From positions 1 through 24,958 of the IMG/VR virus record IMGVR_UViG_3300037522_000162: DNA of 24,958 nt; one strand, 5' to 3'. The notes under the pieces are model-generated. The model was not told where the DNA came from and did not search any database. It saw only the letters and a list, made by a program, of their open reading frames with translations. This stretch comes from a virus. Its lineage: Duplodnaviria > Caudoviricetes. The translations under genes were made by a program, and so were the position numbers. Positions 1 to 7,953 of this stretch are shown piece by piece; the stretch's first letter is position 1, and every line of letters begins with the position of its first letter.

Positions 1-1
1 A

Positions 2-247
2 ATCGACACTACGCCGCAGAAGGGCACAGTTCGGGCTGCGGTCGAGGACCTGGGCAGGCTGCTCGCCGATGGTGTTCTGATCCACGACGGTGGTGCCGAT
101 CTGACCAGTCAGGTGCTGGCCTTGCGTACTTCACCCGGCGTGGATGGGCCGCGAGTTCGTTCGATGACTCCGGCCAGTGCTTTGAAAGCTGCGGCATGGG
201 CTGCCACTGCCGCCCGCATGAATGCGCTTCTACCGGCGATCTACTGA
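2..247 (+). CDS. Terminase large subunit, C-terminal fragment (5' truncated by window)
   Basis: Read manually, frame 2: IDTTPQKGTVRAAVEDLGRLLADGVLIHDGGADLTSQVLALRTSPGVDGPRVRSMTPASALKAAAWAATAARMNALLPAIY*. The LxHDG..L..QV and A.AWA pattern resembles terminase nuclease C-termini; lies directly upstream of portal. Confidence 0.75.
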   Translation: MDTTPQKGTVRAAVEDLGRLLADGVLIHDGGADLTSQVLALRTSPGVDGPRVRSMTPASALKAAAWAATAARMNALLPAIY

Positions 248-263
248 GAGGTTTGGGTGGGCC

Positions 264-1493
264 ATGGGTTTCTGGGACTGGCTCACCGGGGCTGGTGCGA
301 CTCCGAACGCGACGGTGGGCGACCCGGATAGTGTCGGGCCGACGTACACGCCGGGCGATCCGGATGGGTTCGAGCTCGAGGATGCCGAGTCGAGCAACAA
401 CCGGATGGCCGCGGTGGTCACGTCGCCGTGGGATGGGTGGCCGGCCAGTTGGGCCACGCCCGCGTGGGGGCAGATGGGCCCGAAGTTTGAGGAGCTCGTG
501 GACACGGCGTGGGCGGCGCTGGACCTGAACTCCTCGGTGCTCTCGGCGATGCCGGTGTACCGGACTCGTAATCGCGCAGTGTTGCCGCCGACGACGTGGA
601 TGATGAACCCGGATCCGACGATTTACACCTCCTGGCATGAGTTCGCCAAGCAGGTGTTCTGGGAGTTCCAACTCGGTGAGGCGTTCGTGCTTCCGATGGC
701 CCGAACTGCCGACAACCTGCCATACAACTTCCGGGTGATCCCGCAGTGGCTGATAAATGCAGAGATGCGGGACGGCCGCCGTGAGTACACTCTCGGTTCG
801 CTGGATGTGACGAGCGAGATTCTGCACATCCGGTACAAGTCGACGACGGACTCAGCGCGCGGCATCGGCCCGCTCGAGTCTGGCAAGGCCCGCCTGGTCG
901 CGGCCGGGGTGCTGGCCCGTTATGCGACGGAGATCGCCGAGGGTGGCGGCATCCCGTACTACGCACTCGAGGTGCCGCGGCGGCTGACCAAGACCGAAGC
1001 CGACGACCTGCTGCAACAATGGTGGGACTCGCGGACCCGGAACCTGGGCAAGCCAGCGGTGCTGTCCGGCGGGGTGACCGCCAAGCAGTTGCAGATGACG
1101 CCGCAGGACATGGCGCTGCTGGAGTTGGCGCAGTTCAACGAGTCGCGGATCGCGATCCTGCTCGGTGTGCCGCCGTTTTTGCTCGGGTTGCCGTCCGGCG
1201 GGGATTCGATGACCTACAGCAACGTGTCGAGCCTGTTCGACTTCCATGACCGGGCGGGTTTGAAGCCGAAAGCGGTGCACGTGATGTCGGCGTTGTCCGG
1301 TTGGGCGTTGCCGCGTGGCCAGTCGGCCGAGTTGAACCGCGATGAGTATTCACGGCCGGCGTTCAAGGAGCGGGCCGAGGCATACGAGAAGTTGGTGGCG
1401 ATCGGCGTGCTTGATCGTGAGGAGATCCGGACCATGGAGCGCTTCATCGGTACGGAGTCGGCCGAGGCGCTGACGGGAGGTGGCCGGTCGTGA
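264..1493 (+). CDS. Portal protein, HK97 family
   Basis: Motifs LGEAFV, ILHIRY, RGIGPLE, GKPAVLSGG, IAILLGVPPFLLG, TYSNV, EEIRTME. Start moved from ORF-track 222 (inside terminase) to ATG 264. Confidence 0.95.
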   Translation: MGFWDWLTGAGATPNATVGDPDSVGPTYTPGDPDGFELEDAESSNNRMAAVVTSPWDGWPASWATPAWGQMGPKFEELVDTAWAALDLNSSVLSAMPVYRTRNRAVLPPTTWMMNPDPTIYTSWHEFAKQVFWEFQLGEAFVLPMARTADNLPYNFRVIPQWLINAEMRDGRREYTLGSLDVTSEILHIRYKSTTDSARGIGPLESGKARLVAAGVLARYATEIAEGGGIPYYALEVPRRLTKTEADDLLQQWWDSRTRNLGKPAVLSGGVTAKQLQMTPQDMALLELAQFNESRIAILLGVPPFLLGLPSGGDSMTYSNVSSLFDFHDRAGLKPKAVHVMSALSGWALPRGQSAELNRDEYSRPAFKERAEAYEKLVAIGVLDREEIRTMERFIGTESAEALTGGGRS

Positions 1494-1633
1494 GACTCGA
1501 AGGCGAACTGGATGAACGTTTGGACTTCGTTCTATCGGTGATTGATCAAGTGCAACGGAACCGCACTTGGTGGCGTCGCTGGCTCTCGAACTTCGGTTGG
1601 TTCCTCGCGGGCGTTGCCCGTTGGAAGGAGTAG
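1490..1633 (+). CDS. Small hypothetical protein, 47 aa, Trp/Arg-rich amphipathic C-terminus
   Basis: Not in ORF track. GTG overlaps portal stop (GTGA), RBS GGGAGG at 1475-1480. MRLEGELDERLDFVLSVIDQVQRNRTWWRRWLSNFGWFLAGVARWKE*; fills the gap to the protease. Confidence 0.65.
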   Translation: MRLEGELDERLDFVLSVIDQVQRNRTWWRRWLSNFGWFLAGVARWKE

Positions 1634-1636
1634 ACC

Positions 1637-2377
1637 ATGCCGCTGAAGCGATGCGAAGCCGACGGCAAGCCCGGTTGGAAGTGGGGAGACGCCGGCAAGT
1701 GCTACGTCTACACGGCCGGCGACGAGGAGTCTGAGACGGCTGCCCGCAAGAAGGCGATGACGCAGGCGGCGGCGATGGGCGAGTTCCCAGGTACCGGTAA
1801 CCGCAGTCGGCCGACTAACGAACCGGTGGAGATCCGCGCGGCGCAACTGCTGGAGGTTGATTTTGCCGAGCGAATCATGGAGTTACTTGCAATCCCATAT
1901 GACCAGGAGGCAGTCGTTCCATACGGCGACCGGATGGTTATCGAGACTGTGGCGCCTGGTGCGTTCGATGGGATTGAAACTCGCGATGAGCATGTGTCAG
2001 CAAACCGCGATCATGATTATTCTCGCACCTTCGGCAAGGTTGTCTCTTGGCGCACTGATGATCCAGCTGGCCTGATTGCCAACGTGTATGTCTCGGATAC
2101 ACCACTCGGGAATGAGACATTGCGGCTGTCCGCAGATGGCATATTGAAACCATCGGTGGGCATGTTGGTCCGCCGGTCGGATCAGATCCTGCGAAAGGAA
2201 ACGCGCAGGATCAAGAGAGCTTTCATGGATCACTTAGCGCAGGTACCTAATCCTGCGTATCGAGGAGTAGGGGTGCTCGCCGTTCGGCAGGAACAGGGGC
2301 TCCCGACTGAGCAGGAAGCTGTTCAGCCCACACCCAATCTGGACAAGGTTCTCACTCTGCTCGGATTGCAGGACTGA
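1637..2377 (+). CDS. Prohead maturation protease (HK97 family) with extra N-terminal module
   Basis: ETVAPGAF, NRDHD (catalytic His), KPSVGM (catalytic Ser), VPNPAY; between portal and capsid; RBS AAGGAG. Confidence 0.9.
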   Translation: MPLKRCEADGKPGWKWGDAGKCYVYTAGDEESETAARKKAMTQAAAMGEFPGTGNRSRPTNEPVEIRAAQLLEVDFAERIMELLAIPYDQEAVVPYGDRMVIETVAPGAFDGIETRDEHVSANRDHDYSRTFGKVVSWRTDDPAGLIANVYVSDTPLGNETLRLSADGILKPSVGMLVRRSDQILRKETRRIKRAFMDHLAQVPNPAYRGVGVLAVRQEQGLPTEQEAVQPTPNLDKVLTLLGLQD

Positions 2378-2387
2378 GCTTGTCCAC

Positions 2388-2433
2388 CTGCCGCCGGTAG
2401 GGCGGTAGTCGCACGACGCTGGCAGGGCGTCGT
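2388..2433 (+). promoter_or_regulatory. Two tandem stem-loops in capsid gene leader
   Basis: CTGCCGCC-ggtag-GGCGGTAG (2388-2408) and ACGACGCT-ggcag-GGCGTCGT (2413-2433); 8-bp stems each with one G-U pair. Confidence 0.55.
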
Positions 2434-2470
2434 TCCTCATCAACCCCCGCTTCCTAGAAAGGGATGCATC

Positions 2471-3730
2471 ATGCCCACTGATCACACCGATCAGTCGGAT
2501 GCGATGATCGCCCGGTTGGAAGGCGAGCTCGAGGAGCGCAACGCCTTCAACCAGGGACTCATCGCCGCCGCACAAGAAGCCAGCCGCGACTTGTCCGACA
2601 ACGAGACTGAGTTGATCCAGACCTCCAAGGCTCGGATCGACAACATCAACGCGCAGCTCAAGACACTCGTCGAGTCCCGCTCAACGATGATCCAGGCTCG
2701 GGAGAAGGCCCGGGAGTACGGCCATGAGATGATGCGGCTTCGCCGCGAGGTCGACACCGGCCCGGTCGAGTACCGGTCCACCGGCGCCTACCTGGTGGAC
2801 TACATCGCCGCGCAGACCGGGTCGAAGTCGGCGATGGAGCGGCTCGAACTATTCACTCGCGCCGCCGCTCACCAGAAGACCTCGGACAACCTCGGCGTCA
2901 TTCCCGACCCGATCGTCGGCGGGGTTCTCAACTTCATCGATGCGGCCCGTCCGCTGGTGGCCTTCCTTGGGCCACGGGACATGCCGTCGGCTACCTGGTA
3001 TCGGCCGAAGGTCACTCAGCACACCACGGTCGCCGTCCAGGGTTCTGCCGGTGCGGCTGCGGATGAGAAGACCGAGTTGTCCAGCCAGAAGATGACCATC
3101 ACCCGGTTGACCGGCAATGCGGTCACCTACGGCGGCTACGTCAACGTGTCCCGGCAGAACCTGGACTTCTCGTCGCCGTCGATGCTCGACGCGATCGTCA
3201 ATGATCTGGCCGCGCAGTACGCGATCCAGACCGAGGCGGCTCTCGGTGCGGCGCTGATCGCCAGCACGAACACGGTCGAGCTCGGAGGCGCGGCAGGCAG
3301 TGCCACGGCGGCCGAACTCGCCACTGGGCTGTGGACCGCGGCGGCGAACATTTATACCGCCACCAAGGGACAGGGCCGGGTCGCGCTGGGTGTGCCGCCG
3401 TCGAAGCTCGGCGCGTGGGGTTCGGTGTTCGCGCCGGTCAACCCGCAGAACGCCCAGTCGACCGGCTTCAACGCCGGCGACTTCAACTCCGGTCTGGTCG
3501 GCAGCATCTCCGGCATCCCGGTGTACGTGTCCGCTGGGCTTTCCAGCGCACCGGCTACCACGTACGGGATCGTGCTCTCCTCGGCCGCGGTCGAGGTGTA
3601 CGAGCAGCGAGTCGGCCAGCTGCAGGCCACTGAGCCGTCGGTGCTGGGTGTGCAGGTCGCCTACGCGGGCTACTTCACGCCAATGACCGTCGAGACCGGC
3701 GGCGTCCAAGAGATCGTGAACGTGACGTGA
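2471..3730 (+). CDS. Major capsid protein, HK97 fold, with N-terminal coiled-coil delta (scaffold) domain
   Basis: 419 aa after protease; helical N-terminal ~100 aa (RDLSDNE...), then GVIPDPIVGGVLNFIDAARP, TYGGYVNVSRQ, GSISGIPVYVS; RBS AAAGGGA. Confidence 0.93.
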   Translation: MPTDHTDQSDAMIARLEGELEERNAFNQGLIAAAQEASRDLSDNETELIQTSKARIDNINAQLKTLVESRSTMIQAREKAREYGHEMMRLRREVDTGPVEYRSTGAYLVDYIAAQTGSKSAMERLELFTRAAAHQKTSDNLGVIPDPIVGGVLNFIDAARPLVAFLGPRDMPSATWYRPKVTQHTTVAVQGSAGAAADEKTELSSQKMTITRLTGNAVTYGGYVNVSRQNLDFSSPSMLDAIVNDLAAQYAIQTEAALGAALIASTNTVELGGAAGSATAAELATGLWTAAANIYTATKGQGRVALGVPPSKLGAWGSVFAPVNPQNAQSTGFNAGDFNSGLVGSISGIPVYVSAGLSSAPATTYGIVLSSAAVEVYEQRVGQLQATEPSVLGVQVAYAGYFTPMTVETGGVQEIVNVT

Positions 3731-4062
3731 TCGTCAACAAGTACGGGCGAGTGGCCGGGTCGATCGACCTGGCCCAGCTCGCCGACCTGTATGCGCAGGC
3801 AACGGATGAAGACCTCAAGGCGCACTTCCGGCAGGTCGCTGCCGAGAACGGTGCCAATCTCGATGAGGCCGAGCCTGAGTCGGAGTCGGGATCAGCGGCG
3901 GGGTCGGAGTCAGAGCCCGCTGAGGTCAAGGCATCCATGGCACTCAGCAAGGACGAACTGGTCGGCTTGGCCGAAGATGCCGGTCTCGGCACGCGGGAAG
4001 AGCTCGAGCAGTTCACCAAGCAGGACCTGGTCGACGAACTCAAGGCCAGCGAGGAGGACTGA
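3727..4062 (+). CDS. Acidic head-associated protein with C-terminal HeH/Rho-N-like helical motif
   Basis: GTGA-coupled to capsid; C-terminus LSKDELVGLAEDAGL...FTKQDLVDEL fits the helix-extension-helix pattern common after capsid genes. Confidence 0.6.
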   Translation: MIVNKYGRVAGSIDLAQLADLYAQATDEDLKAHFRQVAAENGANLDEAEPESESGSAAGSESEPAEVKASMALSKDELVGLAEDAGLGTREELEQFTKQDLVDELKASEED

Positions 4063-4065
4063 TTT

Positions 4066-4365
4066 ATGGCGACGACCACGTTCCGTGAGGACTACCTCGG
4101 CCGCGACCTGGTGACCCCGGCAAGCAACTCGCTCGATTCGCTCGGCCGGGCCACCACCTCGACTGCGGATTTCGTAGGCCGGCCATTGCGGCGGGTACTG
4201 CGGGCCAACACCACCGCTGTCACGTTGAACCAGGAGATCCAATTCACCGGTGGCGAGAAGTTCATCGTCACGGTGGCCGGCACCACGGCCGCCTCGGCTC
4301 CATCGGCTCCAGCTGTGGGCGCCACCGTGGCCGACGGAACGGCCACCCTGCTCCGGCAGAAGTGA
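4066..4365 (+). CDS. Putative head decoration/accessory virion protein
   Basis: RBS GAGGAGG; three DxxGR repeats (DYLGR, DSLGR, DFVGR) then a small beta module (VTVAGTTAASAP...GATVADGTAT). Function inferred from position. Confidence 0.55.
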   Translation: MATTTFREDYLGRDLVTPASNSLDSLGRATTSTADFVGRPLRRVLRANTTAVTLNQEIQFTGGEKFIVTVAGTTAASAPSAPAVGATVADGTATLLRQK

Positions 4366-4380
4366 CGGGAGAGGCGACCG

Positions 4381-5007
4381 GTGGCCATCGGCGACCCGTA
4401 TGTGACGGGCGAAGACCTGGCGGCGCGGCTGAACAAGCCGAACGACGGGTTCTTCGGCGACCTCGTCAATGCTGCGTCACGGGCCGTCGAGCTGTTCACC
4501 GGTCGCCAGTTCAACCGCACCGAGACAGCGGTAGCGCGGCGTTACCGTGCCGTCGATTGGTACCGTCTCGCCACGGATGACTTCTGGACTACGACGGATC
4601 TCGCCATCGATGTGGACGGCACGGCGTGGACTGTCGCCGACGTCGAGCCCCGGCCGTGGGACGGGGTCTACAACGGGCAGCCCGGCTGGCCGTTCTTCGA
4701 CCTGTTCACCGTGGACCGAGTCTGGCCATACACGACCCGCGGCCGCCGGGCGCTGATCACCATCACGGCCAAGTGGGGCTGGGAAGCGGTGCCAGAGCCC
4801 ATCAAGCAAGCGACGCTGGACGTGGCGCAGGACATCCAGGCGGGGATTTCAGTGGATGTCACCACTGAACAGGTCGGCGGCGTGGCGGTCACTGCACGGT
4901 CGCTGCGCACCGAGTCGATGGACCTGACGGGCTTGGTTTCGGGTAATCCTGCGGCGTTCCTGAGGGCGATCCCTTACGTTCGGGACTCGCCGATGGGGAT
5001 CGCCTGA
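4381..5007 (+). CDS. Head-to-tail adaptor (connector, gp6/gp15-like)
   Basis: YVT..DL, AASRAVELFTGRQF, ITITAKWGWEAVPEPIKQATL pattern; position. Confidence 0.85.
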   Translation: MAIGDPYVTGEDLAARLNKPNDGFFGDLVNAASRAVELFTGRQFNRTETAVARRYRAVDWYRLATDDFWTTTDLAIDVDGTAWTVADVEPRPWDGVYNGQPGWPFFDLFTVDRVWPYTTRGRRALITITAKWGWEAVPEPIKQATLDVAQDIQAGISVDVTTEQVGGVAVTARSLRTESMDLTGLVSGNPAAFLRAIPYVRDSPMGIA

Positions 5008-5345
5008 TGTACCTGCCGTTCCAGCTCCACGACACGTGCACGCGTCTACGCGCTACCGTCGCGGTCGGTGCATACGGTGCCGAGGTGCCAGATTGGACCG
5101 CGCCGGCCACGGTCGAGTTGGCGTGCGAGTTCCAGCCGATGACGGTTCAGGAAGACTTGGTGCAGCAGCAGCGCACCGAGTCGCAGTGGAAGGTGTTCCT
5201 GTACGCCGACGCCGACGTAGTGGCGACCGACCGGATCCGCTTCCGAGGCGTCGATTATGAGATCGACGGCCAGCCGAAGCGGTGGCGGCTGCGGGGCGGC
5301 GAGCATCACCTTGAGTTGGTGGTTCAGCTCGTCACCGGCGGCTAG
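5007..5345 (+). CDS. Head-to-tail stopper / head closure protein (SPP1 gp16-like)
   Basis: YGAEVPDW, ADVVATDRIRFRGVDYEIDGQP, HHLEL; TGATG-coupled to adaptor. Confidence 0.85.
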   Translation: MYLPFQLHDTCTRLRATVAVGAYGAEVPDWTAPATVELACEFQPMTVQEDLVQQQRTESQWKVFLYADADVVATDRIRFRGVDYEIDGQPKRWRLRGGEHHLELVVQLVTGG

Positions 5346-5614
5346 GGCTGCTCGTAGGCCCAGCCGTCACCGGTCGTGTACTTACCACCGAATCCCTCAG
5401 CGATCTCGACGAATGAGTCCCGCGCCGTGTTGTCGGCGAAGATGAGCAACCGTCCGCCGTCGCTGCAGTCGAACACCTCCTGAACGTACAGTTCGTCTGT
5501 TTCGCTCGCCGCGGGACTATCGCATCCGGATTGCTCGGCCGGCGATTGTTCGCTACCGCCACCGCAGGCAGTGAGCGAAGCCGCAAGCAGTAACCCTCCG
5601 AGGATCGTTCTCAT
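5342..5614 (-). CDS. Antisense-oriented lipoprotein, 90 aa
   Basis: MRTILGGLLLAASLTAC|GGG: signal peptide II with lipobox LTAC; RBS AAAGGGGG upstream of ATG 5614. Only the last 90 aa of ORF-track 5342..6223 are plausible. Confidence 0.85.
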   Translation of the reverse strand: MRTILGGLLLAASLTACGGGSEQSPAEQSGCDSPAASETDELYVQEVFDCSDGGRLLIFADNTARDSFVEIAEGFGGKYTTGDGWAYEQP

Positions 5615-5677
5615 GTCCGCCCCCTTTGTCGACACATTTACCACGTAGTACACGCGCTGGCTAGGGCAGGAGGTTAC

Positions 5678-6082
5678 ATGCCTGTCTCGCTGCTTCCTGA
5701 CGCGCTGGCGTTGACCCGTGAGGCCCTGCTTGCCCAAGCGTCGCTGACCGCGCTGGTCGGCACCCGCATCTACGACCGTATCCCCGGCTCGCCGACGTGG
5801 CCGCTGCTGGTGCTCACCGTGGTCGACGAGGTCGAACTCGAATGGCACACCGGCAACGCCCGCGTTCAGGTGGACGTGTGGGGTGCTGGGAATACGGCCA
5901 CCGATGCGGCGAACGCGCAGACCATCATCCGCACCGTGCGCGCCGTCACGCGTGATCTGCGCGGCTCGTGGACGGCGGGGGACATCTCCAACGCCGCGCC
6001 GGCGACCATCATCCCGAATCCGGACCCGACGACCGGCCGGGCGCGGTTCATCCTCGACCTGCTCATCGAAACCAACCCGTGA
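5678..6082 (+). CDS. Tail terminator / tail completion protein
   Basis: LTALVGTRIYDRIP...WP, RVQVDVWG; RBS AGGAGG; upstream of major tail protein. Confidence 0.85.
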   Translation: MPVSLLPDALALTREALLAQASLTALVGTRIYDRIPGSPTWPLLVLTVVDEVELEWHTGNARVQVDVWGAGNTATDAANAQTIIRTVRAVTRDLRGSWTAGDISNAAPATIIPNPDPTTGRARFILDLLIETNP

Positions 6083-6092
6083 GGAACACACA

Positions 6093-6326
6093 ATGGCTGA
6101 CAAGCCTGTGAACCCAGATGCCCCAGCCGGTACCGCGGACGACGCTGAGCGCGACGCTCTGGCCGAGTGGGGCGTGTACGTAGCCCTCGAGGCGATCGAC
6201 ATCGGCGGCGTCCGCGCGTTCAACCGCGGTGAAGCCGTCCCCGTCTCCCACGTCGAACGCGACGTGGTCAGCCCGGATCAGGTGGCCAAGCGCACCACCA
6301 AGGCCGGCCAAGAAGCCACCCAGTAG
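6093..6326 (+). CDS. Hypothetical protein, 77 aa, between terminator and major tail protein
   Basis: RBS GAGGA, ATG 6093; MADKPVNPDAP...WGVYVALEAIDIGGVRAFNRGEAVPVSHVE...; fills intergenic gap. Confidence 0.75.
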   Translation: MADKPVNPDAPAGTADDAERDALAEWGVYVALEAIDIGGVRAFNRGEAVPVSHVERDVVSPDQVAKRTTKAGQEATQ

Positions 6327-6342
6327 AAAGGGCTGACAACCG

Positions 6343-6933
6343 ATGCCTACCATCGCAACGCCGACGATCCTCAAGGATCCGGGTTACCTGTTCCGTGCCC
6401 CAATCGGCACTGCACTGCCCACGAACACGGTGGCCGGTTCTGTGTTCACCGATTCATGGGCGGCGGCATGGGTGCCGATCGGCGCCACCGAAGAAGGTTC
6501 GACCTTCTCCTACGAGATGACCTCCGAGGCCATCCGGGTCGCCGAGTTGTTCGATCCGATCGCCTACGCGGTTACCGAGGCGTCCGGCTCGTTCGCGTTC
6601 TCCATGGCCGACTACACGCTGGAGAAACTCAAGTATGCGATGAACGGCGGAACCATGACGCTGGTCTCCGGCACCGGGGCGACCGCGCTGACATCCCTGG
6701 AGCCGCCGGACCCGGCGGATGTAACCCGGAGCATGATCGGCTGGGAGTCGCTGGACGCCACCACACGGATCATCGCGCGCCAGTGCCTGAATGCATCGGC
6801 GATCGAATCGGCGTTCCGCCGCGCCCCGGACAAGGCGCTCATCCCGGTCCAGTTCAGTCTGGAGCGTCCCGCCGCTGCGAAGTCGTTCATCGTGTACTCG
6901 GCGGGTACTGCCCGCTCCGGGACGGTCGTGTGA
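6343..6933 (+). CDS. Major tail (tube) protein
   Basis: PGYLFRAPIGTALP, WVPIGATEEGSTFSYE pattern of actinophage tail tube proteins; 196 aa; position. Confidence 0.88.
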   Translation: MPTIATPTILKDPGYLFRAPIGTALPTNTVAGSVFTDSWAAAWVPIGATEEGSTFSYEMTSEAIRVAELFDPIAYAVTEASGSFAFSMADYTLEKLKYAMNGGTMTLVSGTGATALTSLEPPDPADVTRSMIGWESLDATTRIIARQCLNASAIESAFRRAPDKALIPVQFSLERPAAAKSFIVYSAGTARSGTVV

Positions 6934-6934
6934 C

Positions 6935-7372
6935 ATGAGCGGTGAGACCGTCGAGTTTCACGGCGAGACGTATCGCATTGCCGACAAGATCGGGCTGATG
7001 CCGTTGATGCGATTCGCGAAGACAGCCCAAGAAGGCGTCGATTCCAACGACATGGACGGCCTGGTCGCTATGTACGACCTGATGGAGCAGTGCCTAATCG
7101 ACGAGGACTGGGCTAAGTTCACCACCGCCGCCACCAAACACCGCGCTGACGGCGAGGAACTGATGGCCGTGGTCAAGCAGGCCATCGAGACAATGGCCGA
7201 GCGCCCTACCCAGCGGTCCTCCGACTCATCGGATGGGCCGCCGTCTATCAGTGGGAACTCGACGGCCGACTCGTCCTCGCTGGTTGTGCGCCGACTCGAG
7301 AAGCAAGGCCGACCGGATCTGGCGCTGCTGGTGCGCCGAACCGAGGCGGACCAGGCGGCCCGCGCCAGTTGA
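6935..7372 (+). CDS. Tail assembly chaperone (G-like)
   Basis: ATG 6935 just after tail gene stop; helical acidic domain then RPTQRSSDSSDGP..ST, typical of actinophage chaperones. Confidence 0.85.
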   Translation: MSGETVEFHGETYRIADKIGLMPLMRFAKTAQEGVDSNDMDGLVAMYDLMEQCLIDEDWAKFTTAATKHRADGEELMAVVKQAIETMAERPTQRSSDSSDGPPSISGNSTADSSSLVVRRLEKQGRPDLALLVRRTEADQAARAS

Positions 7373-7611
7373 GTTTCGGCGACGTCTGCGACGTCGTCTA
7401 TGCGCTGCTCGCTGACCGTGTCGAGGCTCGTGCGCTGGCGCACTATCAGGCGTCGGTGGCTTTGGCGATTGCGTCGAATGGCAAGAGCGAGATGGTCGAC
7501 CCGGACCATCAGCGGCAATTGTTTGACGAATGGCTGCTCGAGGAACTCAAGCCGGTTGAACCGGAGGACCAGGACCGCCAGGAGTTGTTGCGTGCGCTCG
7601 GGTTGAGGTGA
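7204..7611 (+). CDS. Tail assembly chaperone T segment, probably reached by -1 frameshift (GT fusion)
   Basis: -1 frame is open 7150-7611 with no ATG/GTG/TTG until TTG 7369; from 7204 reads PYPAVLRLIGWAAVYQWELDGRLVLAG...LSFGDVCDVVYALL...ELLRALGLR*. Confidence 0.7.
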   Translation, partial: PYPAVLRLIGWAAVYQWELDGRLVLAGCAPTREARPTGSGAAGAPNRGGPGGPRQLSFGDVCDVVYALLADRVEARALAHYQASVALAIASNGKSEMVDPDHQRQLFDEWLLEELKPVEPEDQDRQELLRALGLR

Positions 7612-7619
7612 AGCCGGCC

Positions 7620-7934
7620 ATGGCTGGATTACGTATCGGTCGGATCCGCCGGAACGCGATCGAAGCGCTCACTCAGGTGCCCGAGGTTAAGCGGCAGGTT
7701 CGCGTGGTGGCTCGTGAAGTGCAGAAGTTGGGCAAGTCGAATGCGGTACATGTGTCCGGCTTGATGCGCAGATCGATCAGGGTCGAGAGCGCCTTTGATC
7801 GCGGCATCGCTTTCTACCGGGTCGGCTGGGATACCCGGATCGCCTTCTGGGGTCCGCTAGTGGAACTCGGCACCGACGACACTCCGGCTCAACCTCATTT
7901 GCGGCCGGCTGCTGATGAGATCAACAACCGTTGA
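7620..7934 (+). CDS. HK97 gp10-like tail/neck component
   Basis: SGLMRRSI and LVELGTDDTPAQPHLRPA match the gp10-family TG.L..SI / VE.GT....AQP.LRPA pattern; ATG 7620 with GAGGTG (alternative GTG 7608). Confidence 0.82.
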   Translation: MAGLRIGRIRRNAIEALTQVPEVKRQVRVVAREVQKLGKSNAVHVSGLMRRSIRVESAFDRGIAFYRVGWDTRIAFWGPLVELGTDDTPAQPHLRPAADEINNR

Positions 7935-7953
7935 GACTTGAGGGGGCTGGCTG

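Noticed and set aside
222-263. Portal start at 222
   Set aside because: Overlaps terminase 3' end without an RBS; ATG 264 follows the terminase stop and a purine-rich tract.
5615-5677. Promoter for the antisense lipoprotein
   Set aside because: Locally AT-richer, but I could not find a convincing -35/-10 pair.
5615-6223. N-terminal 203 aa of ORF 5342..6223 (-)
   Set aside because: Antisense to the tail terminator gene; signal peptide and RBS place the real start at 5614.
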